Shown here piece by piece: positions 50,578 through 63,609 of a DNA stretch of 64,000 nt. The DNA is taken from the NCBI RefSeq assembly GCF_044704955.1, contig NC_091984.1, positions 177,940,001 to 178,004,000 of the forward strand, in the 5' to 3' direction. The notes beneath the pieces were generated by a model, which was not told the origin of the DNA, did not search any database, and saw only the letters and a list, made by a program, of their open reading frames with translations. Source of the DNA: Pristiophorus japonicus (Eukaryota). The position numbers and the translations under genes were made by a program. Each line of letters starts with the position of its first letter. Position 1 is the stretch's first letter.

Positions 50578-51960
50578 AATGTCCACTAGGCTTCCCTCAT
50601 CCACCAACTTTGTAATTTTTTTCGAAAAATACAATTAGATTTGTGAGACATAACCTCTTTTTATTAAGCCATGTTGGGTGTCCCAAATATGTCCCTCCCT
50701 ATCCAAGAATTCATATATTGCATCCCTTATGATTTTTTTAAGTATCTTACCTAGTACTGATGTTAAACTGATGGGCCTATAATTACCCGGGCCTGCCTTC
50801 AGTGGCCCAATACAGTCCTTGATAGTTCTCTGACTCTTTACATAACTAAAAAAACTCTTCCATTACTGCCACAGTTGTCGACAATTCTTTTTTTCATTAG
50901 CCGTTTTGTTGATCTAATAGCAGCCTTCGTTTTCTTTAGTTGTTCTTTGAATTCAACCCTATTTATTTGAGTGTTAACTTTCTTTAATTTATAGAAACAT
51001 TTCTGTTTACATCTTATTTGTCTTTGTGCATACCCAATCAGCCACGTTGGCTTTTTAATACCATATTTCCTTCTTTTGATTTTGGACATATGTTTGTTTT
51101 CCACATTTTCAAATGTATTCTTAAAAACTTTCCATTTATATTCAACCTCGATTGGAAACCACCTAGGAGGGTTCGCCAATTTACCTGTTCCAAATTATCT
51201 GCCATTTTGGAGAAGTTTTCTCTTCTGAAATCCGGTACGAGTTGCAAATCCTCAGTATCTTTTGTTTTACTAGCCAATTGGAACCGTATAAAGTTTTGAT
51301 CACTGTTGCCCAGATGTTCCCCCACATGGAGGCCTGATACCAGTTCAGGCTCACTACTAAACACCAGATCCAATATACGATTTTCCCTAGTTTATTAACA
51401 TGTTGAGTCAGGAAACAGTCTTGTATATTTTCAATAATTTTTTCAGCTCCACTTCCCACTACAACAGCAGGTAAACCGTCGTGCCACTGAATGCTAGGGC
51501 AATTAAAATCACCCAAAAAGCAAAGGTGGCATTTTATATTAAAAGCATCATTGATCTGTTTCCATAATAACTCATCGGGTTCAAGTGCCTGACCCGGGGG
51601 CCTGTAACAATCGATCGCAATAATTAATTCCTGCCCATTAAATTGGTCCACCTGAACCCAGATAGCTTCAGCTGAGCCTGCTGAGGCAATATCAAGTCTC
51701 TCCCTAGCTGTTGGATTCTCACTGATAATAATATCAAACGCACCTCCCCTTTGACCTACCCTATCCGTTCTAAAACCCTTGTAGTCATTTAGGTGAATTT
51801 CTATGCAATAATTGTCATCTAGCCATGTCTCAGAAATACTCAATATGCCTAAATTCTCCAATACAGTATAGGATTGCAATTCTAACAATTTGCTTCTATC
51901 ACTCCTTGAATTTACATAAACGCAATTTAAAGGTCTCCCATCTAATTTCTTCAAGTTATT
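50578..51960 (-). mobile_element. CR1-like LINE endonuclease to start of RT
   Basis: ORF 51181-51954 (ISETWL, YRPPG, LGDFNCP), 51038-51373 (LGNSDQN). Confidence 0.85.
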
Positions 51961-54900
51961 AATTCTTATTTGCTTCCTACCTGGATCATCTTCATGCTTA
52001 GCACCTATATAGTTATCACGTGCAGTACCTTAACTTTGAACTGATCTGCACTATCCCCGTACTTAATTCATTTAAATGCTTTCTGCCAGCCTTTTTGCTC
52101 CAACAACGTTAACTTCAACAAACAATATAGCTTCTCCAGCAAACACCTTCCAACTATCGATGAAGTGAAGCTTCTTTTTGCAAAGCGTCTTTCTTATCCG
52201 ATATATCCTGGCAATATTTATCCCTCAATCAACATCAATAAAACAGATCATCTGGTCACTATTAAACTGCTGTCTGCGGAAGCTTGCTGTGCACAAATTG
52301 ACTGCTGCGTCTCCTATTTTCCAACAGTGACTGCACTTCGAAAAGTATGTAATTGGCTGTAAAGCAATTTGGGACGTTCGATGGTCGTGAAAGACTCTAT
52401 ATAAATGCAAGTCTTTTTTTTTTGCTTTCGAAGCAGTAACCTCAGGGGGAACATCAACGGAAATTTCAGCTGCGCAGTTTTGGAGTCTCCCGCTGAAGTA
52501 AATGGTGCCCGGTCAGGAGAAGCTCAAAGGAAATTCGCTCCTCTACATTTGGTCTTGACTCCTTAAGTACAATGCCACAGGCGATTGAATACCAATGTAA
52601 TCAAAATCTTATATCAGCATGCAATCGCACTTTTGTATCAATTTATTCCATTATAAATCCTGTGTCTATATCTATAATGGAAATTGCCTGGACAAAGCGA
52701 TAACTTTAGAATTACAGCCGCTGGCAGTGGTGCAACTTTAGTGTCTCCGTATTGCACCACTCAGCTCCTCTGCTGCTTTATAGAGAACGTACTATGCTCA
52801 GACCAATTCTATTTTTCTTATACAATGCCGTCAACACATTCAAATCAGTCTATAACACTGTAAAGTTATTAGTCCATTCAAATCAGTAAGTACCAGAGTA
52901 GCGTTAATAATGGTTTGGATTTTGCAAGGCCGATGACGGCGTACAGTGCACGTATGCTGTCACAAGCCTTGTAAATGGCCCCGCAAATTCTGGGTTTCTG
53001 CATACACTGCACTTGCGCGCAAACTTAGAATTTGCGATCTGTCAAAGTTTGCCTTAACAGATCATAAGAACTGACCCAAAAATCCCTTAAGCTACCCCCC
53101 CCCCCTTACTACTGCCGAGCAAATGCCCATGCTACCCTTACATCTGGTAACAGCAGATATAGGGTCTGCTTTCATCAACATAAGGGTTAATAGAAATGTT
53201 AAATTAAAAATGTAAATATAAGAAAAATCTTTCACAATCATTTAAAATTAGAGTATGTAAGTTTTGGCACGGATTCTAAAGTTTACATTTTTAACATTTT
53301 TTATTGTATATGCTTCGTTAAGTAGACTTTCAATTAAATTTGAAAATAGGAAATAAATCAATTTCTATAAATGATTTCATTACTTGGGGATCCCTCATCT
53401 GCCAATGGGGATGCCAAATGGAATTCCATAAGCATGATAAGAATCCTCATTTCTAATAGAAAGATCCTGGCCCATGTGATCCATAGGACGTTTCCGAACC
53501 ACCTGCATCCCTGAGATCCATGGGCCTTTACGCATGCATACATCTGAAGGCCCAGGACCCGAAGTCTCCAAAGCCCAGAAGCCAACAGGTCAGGTCAGAA
53601 TTGTACTCCAGAGGTACACCTCCTACCACAAATTCCGGCCCAATGTACCATAACGGTAATGTCTGAGACATACGCAGATCTGGAGTGTCATTGTCCCTTT
53701 CTCCAATCTTGGCTGTAGTTCTTACTTCTTGCAGAAAAGGCGCGGTTCCATTTTAAGTATTGCCTTTCGCTATTATCTTTAGGTGATATTAATACTAAAT
53801 ATTGCCAAGGGAAAATGGTCACGACAAACAAGAAAATTGAACAATTTAAAATATTACCATTGAAACTCAGATGGTTTTGCTGATCTTTAGTCAGAGGACA
53901 TTGCATATCTTTCTCACATAATTTCGTTCTAACAAGCTGAGCATCTCAGTTCTACACTGCCCAGCTCCTCAGCCTGCCCTGCAGAAAATAAAATCAAAAG
54001 TTGGAATAAAAATAGTGACAGAATATACGACTATATAATGGCGAATAAATTACATCTTCGTGTCCTCGTCCAATTACGCTCACCCTCTAACCCCACTTAA
54101 GCTGCAGACTACCATCAGGAATTTAATTGGGATTTTTCCAGATTCGAGGCCATAACTTTAGGGAAAGGTCAGCGGAAACACCATCAGTGCAATTTTGGAT
54201 ATCTCCCGCTGAAGTTATGGTGGCCAATCAGGAGAACCCCGAAGAAATTCACCCCTCTATATTTGGTCTTGACTCTGTATGTAAGATGCTACGGGAGATT
54301 GAATACCAATGTAGTCAAAAACCTATATCAGCATGCGCTTGTGGTCTCAAACAGCTTTCTTACTGTTACCACAATTTAATGACACTTTTGTGTCAACTTA
54401 ATGCCCTTATAAATCCGAGGTCCACATCTATAATGTAAAATGCCTATGTAAAGTTGTAACTTTATAATTACAGCCGCAGGCAGCAGTGGCACTATAGTTT
54501 CCATTTTGCCCCACTCAGCCACTTGGCCTGCATTGTAGGGAACTTCCTATGCACAGACCAAATCTACTATTCGGATTCTCAAATTGCTGCAAATTTTGCT
54601 ATTTATATATAACTAATAATATAAAATCAAATTATTATATAAAAATAAGGGCAAACTACATGACTTAAAAACTACGCTGGAATACGTCCGCATGCACTAA
54701 TTCAAATACCCCCTTTTAAATATGAGGGAATATCTTGACTAAAGTAAAAACAGAAAATGCTAGAAACATTCAGCAGGTCAAGCAGCATCTATGGAGAGAG
54801 AAACAGAGTGAACGTTTCATTTGATGATTCTCCATTAGAACTACTGGGCGTAGATCGACTTTATGTGGTCATATAAAATATTAAATATATCGCCCGTTTA

Positions 54901-55360
54901 TACTATCCCACAAACTCAAGATCTACTCCTATGTTTCACTTGGACTATGCCTGGTCTTTACTGCTCATGCACTTCACCGCGTGATATTCACAAGTACTGC
55001 ATATTAACTATACATCAATTATATAAAGTCTAAACATATAAAATATCAATAACCTAACATTAGAAGCACGTAATTTAATACCATTTAAGATATGCCGAAT
55101 TTATAATATCAGGCACCAGACACGGCTCCAATGTTCCGACACACTGTGGATAATTGGGACTTTAGACCATAGTGTAAAACGTGCTATATCAGCTTAGTCG
55201 ACGTTAAACATCTCTACCAGTTCACTTTCCATTGAAGTCAAATACAATAGCAACATGAGTGTCATCGTTCCAAGTTCATGTGTTGTTAACGTTCTTCTGA
55301 CAACATTTTGTTACGCTTTTCTACAGCACAGAGTTTTCAGCCATGTCTGCCAATGCTACA

Positions 55361-56497
55361 TAAAAGGTTACTGCACAAGATAAAAGTTCACGGGGCTGGG
55401 GTAATATATTAGCATCGATAAAGGATTGGCTAACTAACAGAAAACAGAGAGTCGGGATAAATGGTTCATTCTCTGGTTGGCACCTAGTAAATAGTGTGGT
55501 GCCGCAGGGATCAGTGCTGTGACCCCAACTATATACAATCTACATTAACGACTTGGAAGAAGGGACTGAGCGTAACATAACCAAATTTGCTGACGATGGG
55601 AGGAAAAGAAATGTGTGAGGAGGACACAAAACATCTGCAAAAGGACATGGACAGGCTAAGTGATTGAGCAAAAATTTGGCAGATGAAGTACAATGTTGGA
55701 AAGTGTGAGGTCATTCACTTTGGCAGAAGAAATCAAAGAGCAAGTAATTATTTAAATGAGGAAAGATTGCAAAGTGCTGCAGTACAGTGGGACCTGTGGG
55801 TACATGTGCATGAAACCAAAAGGATAGTATGCAGGTACAGCAAGTGATCAGGAAGGCCAATGGTATCTTGGCCTTTATCGCAAAGGGGATGGAATATTAA
55901 AACAGGGAAATCTTGCTACAGCTATACAGGGTATTGGTGAGGCCACACCTGGAATACTGCACGCAGTTTTGGTTTCCTTATTTACGAAAGGATATACTTG
56001 CTTTGGAGGCAGTTCAGAGAAGGTTCACTAGGTTGATTCCGGGGATGAATTATGAGGAAAGGTTGAGTAGTTTGGGTCTCTACTCATTGGATTTCAGAAG
56101 AATGAGAGGTGATTTTATCGAAACGTCTAAGATTATGAGGGGTCTTGACAAGGTGGATGCAGAGAGGATGTCTCCACTGCTGGGGGAAACTAGAACTAGA
56201 GGACATCATCTTAGACTAAAGGGCCGCCCATTTAAAACAGAGATGAGGAGAAATGTCTTCTCTCAGAGAGTTGTAAATCTGTGGAATTCGCTGCCTCAGA
56301 GAACTGTGGAAGCTGGGATATTGAATAAATTTAAGACAGAAGTAGACAGTTTCTTAAACTATAAGGGGATAAGGCGTTATGGGGAGCGGGCAGGGAAGTG
56401 GAGTCCATGGTGAGATCAGCCATGATGTTATTGAACGATGGAGCTTGCTCGAGAGACCGTATGGCCTACTGTTGTTCCTATGTCTTAAGTTCTTATG
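55361..56497 (+). mobile_element. CR1 LINE specific to copy 2 upstream region
   Basis: ORF 55913-56413; ttcttatg tail; empty site at ~6265-6280 in copy 1. Confidence 0.9.
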
Positions 56498-57024
56498 TAA
56501 ATAATTTATAGTCAATTGTTTCATTCGCCTGGTGCTTTCAATCAGAGAGCTGCCATCTGCCATCCACAATACTAAACCGTGTAATTTTTGAATTTTCAGA
56601 TTCAGAAAATATATATAAGTAAAGTTATAGTAGGATAAATCATGCTTAGAACGGTGTCTGCCGCGAGGTCATTTTCTCGGAACTAAAGTTTTGGTACACG
56701 TTTTAGTTGGAATATTTCCCTTCATTCATCTTTGGCAACTAAAATCATCACGAATATTATGATATAAACATGGAAAGTGTTAGTTATAAGCTCTGTGAGG
56801 CTGCACAGAAAAATATGCAATATAAATGAAAAAGGCTACTGATTGTGTTAACTAAATATCAAGAAGGTATGGGTTCAATTATTTCTATTTCGCTCTTCGC
56901 TTAAGACTAAACCTACGACTAAAAATACGTTTAAGTATGCCGAAATACAAAACGCAAAAACAATCCCTTTTTTTATGGTAGTTTGAGATTAATTTGATAC
57001 ATAGTAAGAATCTGGCAACTTCGG

Positions 57025-57112
57025 ATTGACGTCAAGTTGTAGACTGATTTGCATAAATACGGAGCACCTCTTCTCATGGTTGATAAGTGGAATTGGCGGG
57101 GAACTTTATAAT
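57025..57112 (+). promoter_or_regulatory. Ig V promoter of cluster 2: CRE TGACGTCA (57027-34), octamer ATTTGCAT (57047-54), GATA
   Basis: Aligned with promoter at 6786-6882. Confidence 0.8.
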
Positions 57113-57164
57113 AATTTTCAACTGAAAACTGTCGCCGTGTCTGAGCTTCATTCAATTCTTTACA

Positions 57165-57888
57165 ATGTCTTACTGGATCCGTGTTGTCAGTGCGTTGGTG
57201 TTTGCGTAGTCTGTGAGTATTTTCCTTTCATCGACTGACTAGATTTCATCTCGAGGACCATTTTCTGTGAAATTTCTCACCCCACTTTCATTGCAAATTA
57301 TTGATCTCTCTGTCCTGCCTCTTTTCTGACATTGATCTTTATTTTCAGATTTAAACGCCCAAATTACAGTAAACCAGCCGCTTTCGATGTCAACTTCTCC
57401 GGGAAAGGACTTCCAAATAAGTTGTACCATGTCTGGTGCCATTATAGGAGGCGATGTTGTCTCCTGGTAGAAGCAGATTCCTGGAAATACGCCCCGGCTT
57501 TTTTTCTACTATTATTCGGGAAGCAGTATTTAGAGGCCCGGGTATTTCAGAACGGTTCTCCGGCTCTGTATCAGGCAACACGGGGATGTTTACAATGTCT
57601 AATATACAATCGGAGGACGGGCTGTGGACTATTACTGTGCTATGTGACATAAACATAAGAACAAAATAAATAGGAGCAGGAGAAGGCCTTTGGCCCCTTA
57701 AGCCTGCTCCTCCATTCAATAAGATCATGGTTGATCTGCTCATGAACTAAGGTCCACTTCCCTGCCCACTCCGCATAATCCCTTTTCGGTTAAGAAACTG
57801 TCAATCTCTGTCTTAAATATATTCAATGACCCAGCTTCCACAGCATAATGATTAATCTTCAGTAAAGGAAGGAGGCTGGGCGTTGGCG
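57165..57888 (+). pseudogene. IGL: IgL pseudogene: leader 57165-57212, V 57349-57647, CR1 insert, J 57852-57888
   Basis: Leader has 1-nt deletion and TAG (57207-09); V has W-TAG at 57468-70, frameshifts in CDR2 and FR3, W>TGA at end; J reads LIFSKGRRLGVG|GTCAGT. Confidence 0.93.
57653..57843 (-). mobile_element. CR1 3' tail inserted at the V-J junction
   Basis: acataagaac..taggagcagg..aataagatcatgg; CATAA on both sides (57648-52, 57844-48). Confidence 0.88.
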
Positions 57889-60109
57889 GTCAGTGAGATC
57901 CCCTCATTTGTACAGTTTTGTGAGGGTTGTTTTTCCTTTAGAGGGAAGTAATTAGGTTATGTCATATTTTGGTTCACTTAATTCAATTGCTTGAAAAAGT
58001 GAGAGTTTCAAGTCGTCAGATTTTTACCGGACCTCGGGTGGTAGCTCTGCCTAAGTAGGGAACTAACCATCAAGTTTCAGAAGGTTTGCACCCGTTATTG
58101 CTTCAGGTTGTCTCCTCCATTAGTGCTGAATAACTCACACTAGGATAAGTATTGGACTCGATATCGCCGCGTTAGGCAATGGGAAAGTTTAATCAAGTTT
58201 CACGCTCGTGATTGCTCCCCAGTAGCTATATTGGAAGTTGTGTCCTGTGCATCTCCGCTGATGACAGCATCAAGCCCGTATGAAACGTGTTCACAAAGCC
58301 GACTGACAATAACTGTCTAGGATCGCGTGCTAAGTGTGGGAGAGGGTCCACCACCCGTGCAATCACAGCCCAGTGAAGGCCAGCGTTTTTGGAAGTATGT
58401 AAGTTGAAAGAAGAACAATTCTGCAGCATAATCTCAAATTCAGGCTCGACAGCAGTAACCTGTAATCTCCCTAACTGCAATTCGGCTGAAGCTAATTATT
58501 GTCGTTTCGAATTGCTTTAGTATTGATTGGTAGGCCTGGTATTAATCATATTCATAGTACTGGACTTTCTATAATAATTTATGAGAATTTATTTTATAGT
58601 TTGGAAATGGTATTTAGTGTCAACACCAACAGTGTAAACAGATCCTAGAAGTGGAAAGGATTAGCTAACAGTGAGGTTTCCTCTCGCTGTATATTAGCTA
58701 AGTTATAAGGCGTTTATTTACAAAATATTTCCCCTAAAATAGCCAGCATAGTAAAGTTTCGCACAAAACCTGAAGCATGACCAAATCATGGAGATTGGAG
58801 GCAATGCCTTTTCTACTAATTAAATTTACTGTAGCTGATCTGAAACTATGGTTTGGTAAACTAATTGGGATGGGGGAAATTATACCGGTGCCCGTTTTTA
58901 GAAACAACATAGTAAACACTTTCTAAAAAAATTGCACCTGGAAGAAATCAGTGCATTAATGAACAAATGACTGAATAAATGAATGAACAATCTAACGAAC
59001 GCCTTTAGGCTGCCGCTATGTCACAGAGTGATCCTTTGCTCTCGTTCAACCAGCAGTGCGTGATATCCTGATAGGAACAACTTGTATGTTCATCGTTGCT
59101 TTTTCGGATATTTAAAAGAAGGGAGCAAACACTTTAGTGCAACAGTTTAATTTCTTTGTTATAATAAAGAATAATTTATTACAATTGTTTTAGCATTGAT
59201 ATACTAATATCTCAGATACAGATTGTAATCTGAGTGCAGTCTTGAACCGAATAATAGTGGTGAACGGAAGATATTGGCATGAAAACAGTAAAGCGCAGAT
59301 TTTTTTTGGGCAGATCCCACTGATGTAACTCGACTTTGGGGTAGTTCAGATCCCCATGATTATGATTATGCACTTTTCTTTTATTAATTTAATATATTTG
59401 CTTGCATATTTCACAACGCACTTTTTAACACTGTTTTGTCATTTGTAATATAGCCGAAGAGTGTGACCTATCACATCTTATCCTTCATTTCAATCCATAT
59501 GGATTGATGAACCGTGTCTTTTTCATGTGGATTTTGAAATGTCTTCGTAATTTCTGACATCGCGATGTGTGTGGGCTTTGATGTGAGATAATAAAGCGCA
59601 CTCACATTCTCATGGTATGGAATGTGGCTATCCTGTAGTGAAATAAATTGCCGAAAATGTAACAGGTTCAGCGCAAGAAAAGATGGACAAGTTTCAAACA
59701 GGCACAACAAAAAATCTGTTAAAAAAGTTAAACCTGCAAGTAAAACTAAAGTGCCTGTTTAATATGAGTTCATCACCAATCCTTAACGAAACTGTTTTAA
59801 TTTTGCTTCGCGTAATAATATGACATGATTTTTCTGCCCAAATAATGACGCGTCTTGTTGATAAATGTTTCTTGTGAGTGCATGATTCACCGGTCCACTT
59901 CAGAAATCTGATCTAAGCTGCTAGTTGTTTCAATGCACATGGTAGTGCTTCGAGAAATCTTATAAAACAAACATTTGAAATATGATTAAAGATGCATTGC
60001 ACTGTAGGTTCAGCAATGGGTGCCTAGCGATTTCGGCAGGCCAGTAATGAAAGCGGCTAGATTGTGAAGCCGCCAAGACGTTTTATCTGTATTACGTTGT
60101 TTGTGTACC

Positions 60110-61474
60110 TTACAAAGGTATGACATTACAAAGGTCTTTGACACTGTCAACTGCTAGTCTACGGAGCATCCTCCTCCGTTTCAGATACCCCCAAAAGTAC
60201 GTCACCATCCCCCCCCCCCCCGCCTGCTCCACGAAGACATGCAGGCTGTGATTCTTACCAACGGATCAATCACAGACCCAATCCAAATCCGGACCAGGGT
60301 CAAACAGGGCTGCGTCATCGCCCCAACTCTCTTTTCAATCTTCCTCGCTGCTATGCCCCACCTCACACTCGACAAGCTCCCCGCTGGAGTGGAACTAACC
60401 TACAGAACCAGTGGGAACCTGTTCACCCTTCGCCATCTCCAGACCAGGTCCAAGACCACCGCAACCTCTGTGGTCAAGCTACAGTATGGATGATGCCTGT
60501 GTCTGTGCACATACAGAGGCTGAACTTCAGGACATAGCTGACGTGTTTACTGAGGTGTAATAAAGCATGGGGCTTACGCTAAACATCAGTGAGACAAAGG
60601 GCCTCCACCAGCCTGTCCTCGCTGCACATCATTGTCCCCATTCATCAAGGTCCACGGCGTGGCCCTGGACAACTTGGACCACTTCCCATATCTCGGGAGC
60701 CTCCTATTAACAGGAGCAGGCATTGACTACGAGATCCAAAAGCGCCTCCAGTGCACCAGTGCAGCCTTCGGCCGCCTTAGGAAAAGAGTGTTTGAAGACC
60801 AGGCCCTCAAAACTGCCACCAAGCTCATGGTCAACAGAGCTGTAGTAATACCCGCCCTCCTGTATGGCTCAGAAACATGGACCATGTACAGTAGACACCT
60901 CAAGTCGCTGGAGAAATACCACCAACAATATCTCCGCAAGATTCTATAATTGCCCGGAGAGGACAGATGCACCAACATTAGCGTCCTCGACCAGGCCAAC
61001 ATCCCCAGCATTGAAGCACTGACCACACTTGATCAGCTCCACTGGGCAGGTCACTTAGTTTGCATGCCAGACATGGGATTCCCAAAGCAAGCGCTCTACT
61101 CAGAACTCTTTCACAGCAAACGAGCCAAAGGTGAGCAGTGGAAACGTTACAACGACACCCTCAAAGCCCCCCTGATCAAGTGCAACATTCCCACTGACAA
61201 CTGGGATTCCCTGGCCAAAGACCACCCTAAGTGGAGGAAGTGCATCTGGGAGGGGGCTGAGCAACTCGAGTCTTGTTGCCGAGAGCAGGCAGAAATCAAG
61301 TACAGGCAGCTGAAAGAGCATGCGGCAAACCAGTCCCACCCACCCCTTCCCTCAACGACTCTCTGTTCCTACTGTGACAGAGATTGTGGTTCCTATATTG
61401 GACTGTACAGCCACCTAAGAACTCATGTAAGAGTGGAAGCCTCGATTCCAAGGGACTGCTTATGATGATGATGA
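60110..61474 (+). mobile_element. RTE LINE 3' half in J-C intron of copy 2
   Basis: ORFs 60239, 60632, 60950 (VKQGCVIAPTLF, LLYGSETW, C-terminal Cys/His motif); (gat)n tail; imperfect TSD gttgt(t/c)tgtgta. Confidence 0.9.
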
Positions 61475-61952
61475 TGTTGTCTGTGTATCTGTACACACAG
61501 GTTGTAAATCATATGTTCGACTCTCTTCTTGGTGACTAAATAGTTGAGCCATGTGAACACATTACAATAAGTTTTAAATAAGGTAAATGGAGTAGATCTT
61601 GACACTGCGCGATAATCTAAAGCAGGTGAGAGTGAAACGGCTTCTCATGATTTTTATTTAAATTGAAGTCAATGGAAATAAAAATAGGCAAAACTATAAA
61701 ATGGGCGATTCACTGCCATCCACTTTAAACTATCTCACAAAGTCAACATCTATACAAATATATTTAATAACAATTATTGGCCAGAGCACTAGAGCTGGCA
61801 AATGTTTACAGAGCTGTAACATTTTGAAATATGTACAAAGCAAAGTGATCTATTCATTATATTGAATGGATTGATCTGGTATGGAAAGATCTTCTGTTCC
61901 AACCAAAGCAATTCCCCAACATTAATAAACATGCTTTTTTTTACAAAAACAG

Positions 61953-62166
61953 GTCAGTTGGTCCTCGCGGTGACAGTCCTTCCGCCTTCATCGGATCAAA
62001 TTACAGCAAAGAACACGGTAACCCTGGTGTGTTTGGTGAACGGATTAACCCAGGTGCTGTGGAGATTGAGTGGACTGTGAATGGTAGGGTGAGAGCGAAT
62101 GGTGTTGAGACCAGTCGGATCCAGCAGCAAACGGACAATACGTTCAGTGTGAGCAATTGTATCTGA
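61953..62166 (+). pseudogene. IGL: Defective IgL constant exon (frameshift plus 108-bp deletion)
   Basis: aaacAG acceptor; VTVLPPSSDQITAKNTVTLVCLVNG then 1-nt loss; TFSVS joined straight to terminal CI*; second Ig Cys missing. Confidence 0.92.
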
Positions 62167-63076
62167 TTCGGAACCTGTACTTGACTGAGCTGACAAAGTT
62201 TCTTTATCCCCATTCGTTTATTTAATGGGACAATATATGTAGAAATTTAATGTCGGATATTGAAAAAAATAGCCATTGCGGTTGGAACTTCATTTATAAA
62301 GACTTGCTAATTTTAAATGCTCTTCGATCGAATGATTTTCGATGTTAATTAAAACCTCATTGTTAATTAATCCAGGTTATATGCATCCAGTAACATTAAT
62401 TAAAAGGCAACAATATGATTATTGCATTCTAAGATTTTGCTTACCGCTAATCTATTCCAATAAAGCTGTTTAATAAAATGATTGATCCGATCTCAAATGC
62501 AATACGGTTTTTCGTGTATTTTATTTCTGGTGCAAAATAAGTTTTCGTAATTTACTGTTTTGCTGTATTATTAAAGCTCACTTAATAAAGAGTGCACAAC
62601 GTTATCTAAAAGCAAAGCAGTGTGTGACTGATGTGACAATATTATTGCACACACACACTGGCGTGCGGCAGCGGAACCACACACGAACGGAATGGCTGAC
62701 TGTTGTCGTTTGGATGCGTTGAGCGGTATTTCTCAATTTAAGCCCCATAATTTAACTTAATGGGGTACAATTTCATCTTTCCGCCTCCAGCAAGGCGATT
62801 GATCAGCCACAGGCTTTAGAACCACCTGATTACATTTCCACTAAAGTCAAGGGCACAAAATTGGGCGGTGTCTATAATTGACATATAACTCCCCAACAGC
62901 AAGTTGAAACTTTGCCTTGTAGTGTTCACTGGTGTCCAAATCAGTACCGACAAGGTCACCAACAACGTAATTAATGTTACTGGATATAATCTGGATTAAT
63001 TAACAATGAGGTTTCAATTCATACACAGCTTTTAACAGAATTCAGGCGTCACTGGGAAGTCAAGGGAGGAAATATT

Positions 63077-63603
63077 GGGGTAGAATTTAGTCTGAGCCTG
63101 TTTGCCGGCCTCCCGAATTTGAGGCTCGGGCCTCATCTATATGTCCGGGGCGAGAGGCCTGACCTATTGAGCACCCACAGACAGCTCACCTCAGGAGATA
63201 CATTACGTTTGTAGGTTCTCAAAGGGGCTTGGATTGGGCAACATGGGTGGTGGGAGGCATCGCCAGGACTATGGACTCAGGGAAAACAGTTGTGCTTATC
63301 CTGGCTCCACAGAATTTTTGTTTGAAACCTACATTTATTTGGACGCCGCTGCTGAAGAATCCTGAGCTGAGCACGCCTGATACTTGCCAATTTCATCTGG
63401 AAATTTGAAGAGATGTCCTTCAACAACGGTTAGGCACCTCATTAATATATTTAATGGGCCTAATGCCTGTTAAAAATGATGCCAAAGATAGTGATGGGAC
63501 CAACGGTTGCACAGCTTAGACACAGACTGTCACTGTTAAATTATTATGCTTTGTACCGATTTTATGCCCACAAAATAGACGCAACACCTCACAATTTTAT
63601 CCC
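63077..63603. mobile_element. Non-autonomous Harbinger-like element with ATT TSD
   Basis: GGGGTAGAATT ... AATTTTATCCC; ATT at 63074-76 and 63604-06. Confidence 0.5.
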
Positions 63604-63609
63604 ATTAGC

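Larger units (their letters stand above)
52790..62500 (+). repeat. Segmental duplication unit, copy 2
   Basis: Colinear with 3715-12690 apart from copy-specific TE insertions. Confidence 0.9.

Noticed and set aside
55142-55148. CACTGTG heptamer upstream of V2 (also 3583)
   Set aside because: Far from any coding segment, no nonamer at 12/23 bp, not conserved in the paralog
57839-57845. CACAGCA heptamer-like sequence next to J of cluster 2 as an RSS
   Set aside because: CACAG belongs to the CR1 sequence (ccagcttccacag, cf. reverse of 56304-56316), orientation is wrong for a J RSS, and there is no spaced nonamer
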